Source: Okamejei kenojei | Lineage: Eukaryota | DNA: 64,000 bases | Assembly (NCBI GenBank): GCA_035221665.1 | Contig: CM069154.1 | Coordinates: 19,902,001-19,966,000, forward strand | Direction of reading: 5' to 3' | In this document: in pieces, positions 57,545 through 64,000 of the stretch | How the letters are laid out: each line of letters opens with the position of its first letter | Numbering within the stretch: the first letter of the stretch is position 1 | Made by a program: the position numbers and the translations under genes | Notes under the pieces: model-generated | What the model was told of the DNA's origin: nothing | Database searches by the model: none | The model's input: only the letters and a program-made list of their open reading frames with translations

Positions 57545-60500
57545 CCCTGACTCTTTCTCCACCCCCACTCCACCATTCGCCCTCTTGTTCCCCCTCACCC
57601 CCTCACTCCTCCTTCCTTCCTCCCCTGTCTCCCTTTCTCTTCTCTTCATTCGACTCTCCTCTCTCACCTCTTGCTCCCCCTGTCTCTCTCCTTCTGTCTC
57701 TTTCTCCTGTTGTCTCTCTCGCTCCTTCTGTTTCTGCCTCTCCCATCTCCGCCTCCTCCTTTCTATCACACTCTCTCTCTTCTGTCTCCAACTGCCTCTC
57801 TCTCTCTGCCTCTCCCCTCTCTGCCTCTCCTGTCTCTCACCCCGCCCCCCCTCTCTCTCTCCCTCTCCATATATATCTGTCTTTCTCCCTGTCCCTGTCT
57901 TTCTCTGTCTCTGTCTCTCGCTGTTTCTCTGTCTTGGAGTGTCTGTCTCTCTTGCTCTNNNNNNNNNNNNNNNNNNNNNNNNNNNNNNNNNNNNNNNNNN
58001 NNNNNNNNNNNNNNNNNNNNNNNNNNNNNNNNNNNNNNNNNNNNNNNNNNNNNNNNNNNNNNNNNNNNNNNNNNNNNNNNNNNNNNNNNGTAATTGTTTT
58101 TGCTGCACAGTCTGGGCTTGTGCCAGGAGAGGAAGTCCTCCGGATGGCTAAAGGAAGAGGACGGAACGTTCTGGAACTGCAAAGCCATTAAACAGTTGAA
58201 CAAAGCCTGCACATTCAGACATAAAGAAAAGGACATAAAATGGTAGTTAGTGCAGGATGGGGAGAATAGGTGGAAAAGTGAGATACTAAGATGTGCAGAG
58301 TGAAAATGGGGTGAGAAAGATAAAGAGAGCAAGAATGTGGTGAGGGAAAGAGGGGGTGAAAGTGAGAGGAAATTAGAGATATGGGGTCGGAGACATATTG
58401 GTTGGAGAGATAAAGATAGTGGATGGGAAGAGATGATGGGGCGAGAGGGAAAGGGGAGAGATAGAGAGAGAGACGGGGAGATAATGGGGGAGGAAGAGGG
58501 GAGGGAGGGAGAGATGGAGAAGTGAGAGTTGGAGGGGAGGGAGAGACGGGGAGAGTAGGGGGAAGGAGAGATAGGGACGTAGGAATGGAAAGAGACAAAG
58601 GGAGAAAAATGACGTGGGAGAGGGAGGCATATCGTAGGGTAGGAGAGGCAAGAGAAAGATGAACAGGAGAGACAAGGCTAGAATGAGATAGGGGAGAGAA
58701 AGAGGCTGGGTGGAGAGAGAGAGAGTAGATGGAGAGTGAAACTGCAGGTTGAGAGACATACAGGGGATTAAGAGCGACGGTGTCAGAGGGAATGAGAGAA
58801 AGAGAAAGGGGCATGAGAGAGAAAGAGATGGGGAGAGAGAATAGAGGAACTCGGAGACAGGAGAGAAAGACATGGGGAAAGAGAGATGCACATGGGGGGA
58901 CTAGAGACACACATCAATGGGGTGAGAGAGCAACAGGGTTGGGTGTCAGGGGGGAGAGAGGGGCTGGGGGAGTGAGACGGGCTGAGGGAGAGAGATGGGA
59001 CAGAAACAGACAGGGAGGAATTGAGAGATGGGGGAGGGAGAGATATGAGGGAAGACAGATGGGAAGAGAAAGAGGCAGGAGGGAGAGATATGGATTTGAT
59101 TCAGGGAAAGATGGGTGGGAGAGAGCCCTGGGGCAGGAGCAGGGGGTGGGGAGATAGATGGGGAGGGAGTGAGAGATGGGCGGAGAGAGAGAGGGGGGTG
59201 AGAGACAGGAGGGGGGGTGAGACACAGGGCATGGAGACGGAGAGGAGAAATGGGGTGGGGTGGAGGGGCGAGACGCAAGAGAGACAGGGAGGAGACAAGG
59301 GAGGGAGACAGGTAGAGATGGTGAGAGCAATGGAGAGAGAGAAAGAGAGACTGGTTGGAGAGAGAGTTGGAGGTGAGAGACAGTGCAAGAGACCCGGGCA
59401 TGAGAAAGGGAGAGATGGGCATGGGAGTGATCAAAATGGGGTGAAAAGGGATGGAGCGGGAGTGACAGAGAAATAGATGGGGAGAGAGACACAGAGGGAG
59501 AAAGAGAGGGGAGAGTGCGATGGGTTGTGGAGCAGAAAGGGGGTGGGGGTGTGTGAGAGTAAAAGGGGTGGCAGTGGAGGTGTGGGTGAGAAGGGCGTGG
59601 GAGGAGAGGGGATTGTGAGGGAGAGGGTGGAGTTGGGAGGGAGGTGGAGTTGGGACAGAGTGGTTGAGAGAGATGGGATTTTGGGAGTGAGAGAGGTGGG
59701 AGTTGGGTTTGGAGAGGACTGTTTGGGAGGAAAGGGTGTTTTGTGAGAGAAAGGATTTGGAAGGGAGAAAAGGGGATGTGGGAGAGACGTGGTGGGTGGG
59801 AGATGGGATGTTGAGAGAGTTGGGTTTGGGAGAAGGCTGGATGGGAAATAGTTGGGAAAAAGTGGACTATTGGGAGAATGGGATGTGGTACAGGTGGAAT
59901 CAGTATAAAGGAACTGGGGAGAGCATGTAAGAGAATGAAAGGGGTAGGTGAGAGGGGATAGCAAGGATGGGGGAAAGAAAGTCTTGAAGTGTGGGCAAAT
60001 GGAGAGAGGGGCATGGGAGAGCAGGGAGAAAAACGTGAGATAGGAGAGTGTGGGGATGTGGTGTGGCAGAGAAGGGTTGTGGTTGAGTAGGGTTGAGAAG
60101 AGATGGGGAGAGAGAAAGTATGACTGGATTGAGATGGAGTCAGCGGAAAGAGACTCAGGACAGTGCAAGAGACACGGGCATGAGAAAGGGAGAGACAGCA
60201 TGGAAGTGATAAAAATGGGGCGAGAGAGAAGGGTGCATGGGAAGGACGTGAGTGAGGGAGATGTGAGAGTATGGATAAGGGCAGGGGGAGAGGGGAAAGG
60301 GAGAGAGGAATGTTGGAAAATGAGAGAGAGGGTGTGGTGGGTTAGGATTAGGGGAATGTGAGCAAAGTGTTGAGGGCCTTGAAAGTGGAAGGGAGCTGTA
60401 GAGAAAGTGTAAGAGAGTGAAAGGCTGAAGAGTGAGGGTGTGAGGGAGTGGGATAGAAAGGGTTTGGGATGGAAGACAGTGAGAGAAAGAGGCTAGGGAA

Positions 60501-63000
60501 GAGGGTGGTGGTTGAGGAGAGTAAGGGGGATGTGAGAGAGACAGAGGCCTGGATGGGGTGGAGAGAAGGAGTATGGAAGATAAGGGAGTGTGGGAGGCAA
60601 AGGGGCCTCGGTGGAGAGCGGGTGTGGGACGAGCAGGTTTGGGAGGAGCGTTTTGGCGAGAAGAGCTTTGGAGAGGGTGTTTGAGGGAGTGGGGGCTATT
60701 GAGAGAGGGCGTTGGAAGGGGACTGGGAGGTGGGGTTAGAGAGAGAGGGGGTGGGGGAGGTGGGGCTGGAGATAGGGGGTGGGGAAAGAGGGGAGAGAGA
60801 TAGGGATGGGAAACTGATGGGAGTGGGAGGAAGAGAAGGGTGTACAGGATAGACAGTGTGTGGGAGTGGGAATGTGTCGGAGAGAAATTGTTTGGAAGAG
60901 TTGTGGCAGAGAAGGGATGTGTTGAGAAAGGGTGTGGGGGAGATGGGTTGTGAGAGAGTGAAAGGAACATGGGAGTAAGGACACAGTGAGGGAATGGGCA
61001 GGAAGAAAAATGTAGTTGGGAGAGAGAGTAGGTAGGGTTAGAGAGAATGGTGAACAGGTTTGGAATGGGAAATATGTTGAAAGCATTGAGTGCTAGAGAG
61101 TGTAAGAAATTGAAAGGGGTGGACAATAAGGAACAGGGAGAACCGAAAGACTGGGAGAACTGGGAGAGAAGGTGGCAGGAGAGAGTGTGGTTGTAGAATG
61201 TGTGCAGGTGAGGTGGGACAGGAGGGTGCTGAGAGAGGGGTTTGGATGGGAATATGGTTTGGGTGGGAAGGGGGCTTGTGAGTGAGATGGGAGAGAGGGT
61301 AGTGGGAGGGACTGTGGGGAATGGTAGCATGGTAGGAGAGGGAGAGAAGTGGAGGTAGAGAGGGGGAGGAAGAGGGGAAGGGGGTATATTAATGTGGGCA
61401 GTGTGGGGGGGGGGGGGAGGAAGGGAAGGAGAGGTTAGGGAAAGAGAGGGGGTAGTGAGGGAGAGAGGGGAGATGCAGTGAGAGAATGGGATGGGTGGAG
61501 AAGGGGGGAGGCATGAGATGGAAATAGGAGATAAGTAAGGAGAGACAGGGAGGAAGAAAGGGATTGTGAAGGAGGACAGAATGGGACTGGAAGGGAGGAT
61601 GGGAGAGGGGGCTGGGGTGAGGGGTGGGAGAGCATGGAGTGGGGGAGAGGAGAGTGAAAAAGACAATGTGGGAAATGGTTTGGGGGAGTGGGCAAAAAGA
61701 GATGTGTAGAGAGGGGTGAGGGACACAGAGGGAGGGGGAGGGGTAGTGAGGAGAGAGAGGGTGTGGCAGAGAGTGTTTTTGAGAGGTGAGAGAAGGTGGT
61801 TGGGGAGAGCAGGTGTAAGATAGAGCGGGTGTGCAGAATGGTAGAGGGGAGTGGGAGAGAAGGGATAATGGAAGGACGAGAGTGATAAGAGAGAGGGGAA
61901 TGGGAAAAGAGCATGCAGAATGGCAGACGGGAGGAAGAGCAAGGGAGGGAAGGCAAGGGGAGGAGATGGGAAGTGGGAGAGGGGAAAGGAAGAAATGCAG
62001 GAGGGTTTATGGAGAGAAGGAGGATGTAGGAACTATGGGGTTACAGAGGTAGGGAGTTATAGAGGGGCATGAGGATGGGATGGGGATATAGAGAGTAAGG
62101 TTACTGTATATGGGCTGGAGAGGCAAGGTTTTCAGCAGAGATGCTTGGCACCTGGTGAGCTCAACATCTCACTTTTCACAGGTTCATTTGAGTCATTTGT
62201 GACAGGGAAACACAAAGCTGTAGTTCACACTTAAGAGGGCAAAGAGAGGAGGGGAACGGGAGAGGGTGGGGAGAGAGGAGGAGAGAAAGATGGAGTGAGA
62301 GAGGGACTGAGTGAGGGAGAACTGCAGAGTGAGAGGAGGTAATATGTGGAGATGGGAGAGTGGGTGCAAGAGAGGGGGGTGTGAGCGAGGGGTGTAAGAG
62401 GGTGCTGGAGAGGGCTTGTAGGAGATATGGAGTGGGTAAAGGTGTGGGAGAGAGTGGGCGGGAGTGCGAGAGGCAGTTTGTGAGGTATGTGGGAGTGATG
62501 TGTGTGAGAGCAAGGGTAGGAGAGCAAGGAGTGGGAACGCGAAAGGGTGGGGAAGGGATGAGGTGTGTGGAAGGGATGGGGAGAGAGGGGCAAGGAGTGT
62601 GGTGGTCAGAGGGAGGGAGTGAATGGCGAGGAGGAGCTGGTAGTGAGGGAGAGAGGGGAAAGGGGATCAGGGGAGAGGGGTTCATGGGAGAGGGGTTTAG
62701 GGAAGGGGGGTTAGGGCAGAGGGATTGGGAACAGGGGTCAGAGAGGGGGCCAGGAGAGAGTTTCGGGAAAGGTGTTTGGGGGAGAGAGGTTTGGGAGCAA
62801 AGTGTTTGGAACAGGGATTTGTAGGGGGGGGGGGGGGGGTGGCAGAGAAAGGGATTTTGTGAGAAGGCCATGAGATGGAGTTTTAGAGGCCAGGGGAGAG
62901 AGAGTAATAGGCAAAAGGAGAATGGGAGAAATGGTGTATTTTTGAGAGACGACATGGTGGAGCCGTAAAGGGAGATAAAAGAGCATTGTAAGTGGGAGGG
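57545..63000. repeat. Polypyrimidine/polypurine low-complexity region
   Basis: C/T-rich on plus before the gap; ~4.7 kb G/A-rich after it. Confidence 0.9.
57959..58089. other. Assembly gap (131 N)
   Basis: Run of n. Confidence 1.
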
Positions 63001-64000
63001 AGCTGGGAAGTTGTGTAAGAGAGTTAACATGTAATTACAAGGTTTGAGAAAGGCGAAAATAGATGAAGGGCAACCCATGGACATGGATCTGAGCACTTCC
63101 CACAGTGAACTCTGCTCCTAAATGTTGGCACACACATTGGTCCCAATGACCAGGTTAACACTGTCGGGTGTGAAAGCAGGACCAAGAGAGGGAAGTAGGT
63201 TTACTGAGGGCAATTTAAAGTTCAGGATGCAGGGAACTGCTGGCACAGCTGACAGCTGTAGAGAAATGCACAAGGGTTTACAGAGAGAAAGAAGGTGTAG
63301 AAATGGTGGAGGGTTTCAGGGTTAGGGGGGTCTATAAGGGAAGAAGGAGGGGGGTGGTTATTGAAATAGAAAGTTATTGAAATGTATGGGCTGGAGTGGC
63401 TTTCATGGACAGGACGAGCTTTCATTTCTGAATGTTGGGGAGCGGGGAAGGGTGGGAAGGATGGGTGGGAAAGAAAGAGGGTGCAGAATGGTAAAAGGAA
63501 GAGGGAGAGAAGTGAGAGATGGGTGGGATAGTGAAGTGGGGGAAAGAGGGTACAGATTGGTAGATAGGAGTGGAAGAGACTGTAGGGAGAGTGGAAGGGA
63601 GAACTGGCGAGGAGATGGGGAGTGGGAGGGAAGGGAAGAAATGGTGGAGGGTTTACAGTAAGAAAGAGGATGCAGAAACTGTAGAGGGGTTACAGATAGT
63701 GAGGAGTATCAGGACAGGGTGGTAGAAGGGCTGGTGAGGACAGGGTGGCAGAAGAGATAGAATGGTTACATGGGCTGGAGAGGTTTACATGGACAGGGAG
63801 CGCTGTCAATTCTGAAGGTTGGGGGGTGGGGGCTACTATAGATTCAGGGAAGAATTCAGAGTTGGAGAGGGTGTGCTGTATTACTCTGGGAGTGGAGATA
63901 TCAAGTAACCATGTGAGGTGCCCAAGGGCACAGATTCCAGCAGAGATGCCTGGCACCCTGGTGAGCACAACATCTCACTTCACAGGTTATCTGAGTCATC

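Noticed and set aside
57320-58332. ORFs spanning the N run
   Set aside because: They read through an assembly gap and simple repeats.
58215-63096. Long minus-strand ORFs (595, 366, 306, 256 aa) rich in P/S/L/H
   Set aside because: Products of C/T-rich low-complexity sequence that lacks stop codons; no domain signal.

Overview
Vertebrate genomic DNA; the repeat content points to a cartilaginous fish, probably a skate or ray (inference). There are three intron-containing genes. (1) NCSTN (nicastrin) is on the minus strand: exons 1-9 lie in the window and the 3' end runs off the left edge. (2) COPA (coatomer alpha) is complete on the plus strand: 34 coding exons, 9651-42146, 1223 aa, head-to-head with NCSTN across a CpG-rich promoter carrying ETS and CRE-type motifs. 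(3) PEA15 is on the minus strand: 3 coding exons, 135 aa, convergent with COPA. PEX19 and DCAF8, which separate COPA and PEA15 in human, are not found between them. Introns contain CR1 LINE fragments, tRNA-derived SINEs, Penelope-derived repeats with minimal hammerhead-like cores, a Vingi/Ingi-like LINE fragment, Harbinger-like MITEs and a degenerate minisatellite. The last ~6.5 kb is polypurine/polypyrimidine low-complexity sequence with a 131-N gap. Almost all ORFs in the supplied track are spurious or overlap single exons or repeats. I found no convincing wholly new biological system; the best leads are listed as findings. Comparisons to human are from memory, not from a search.
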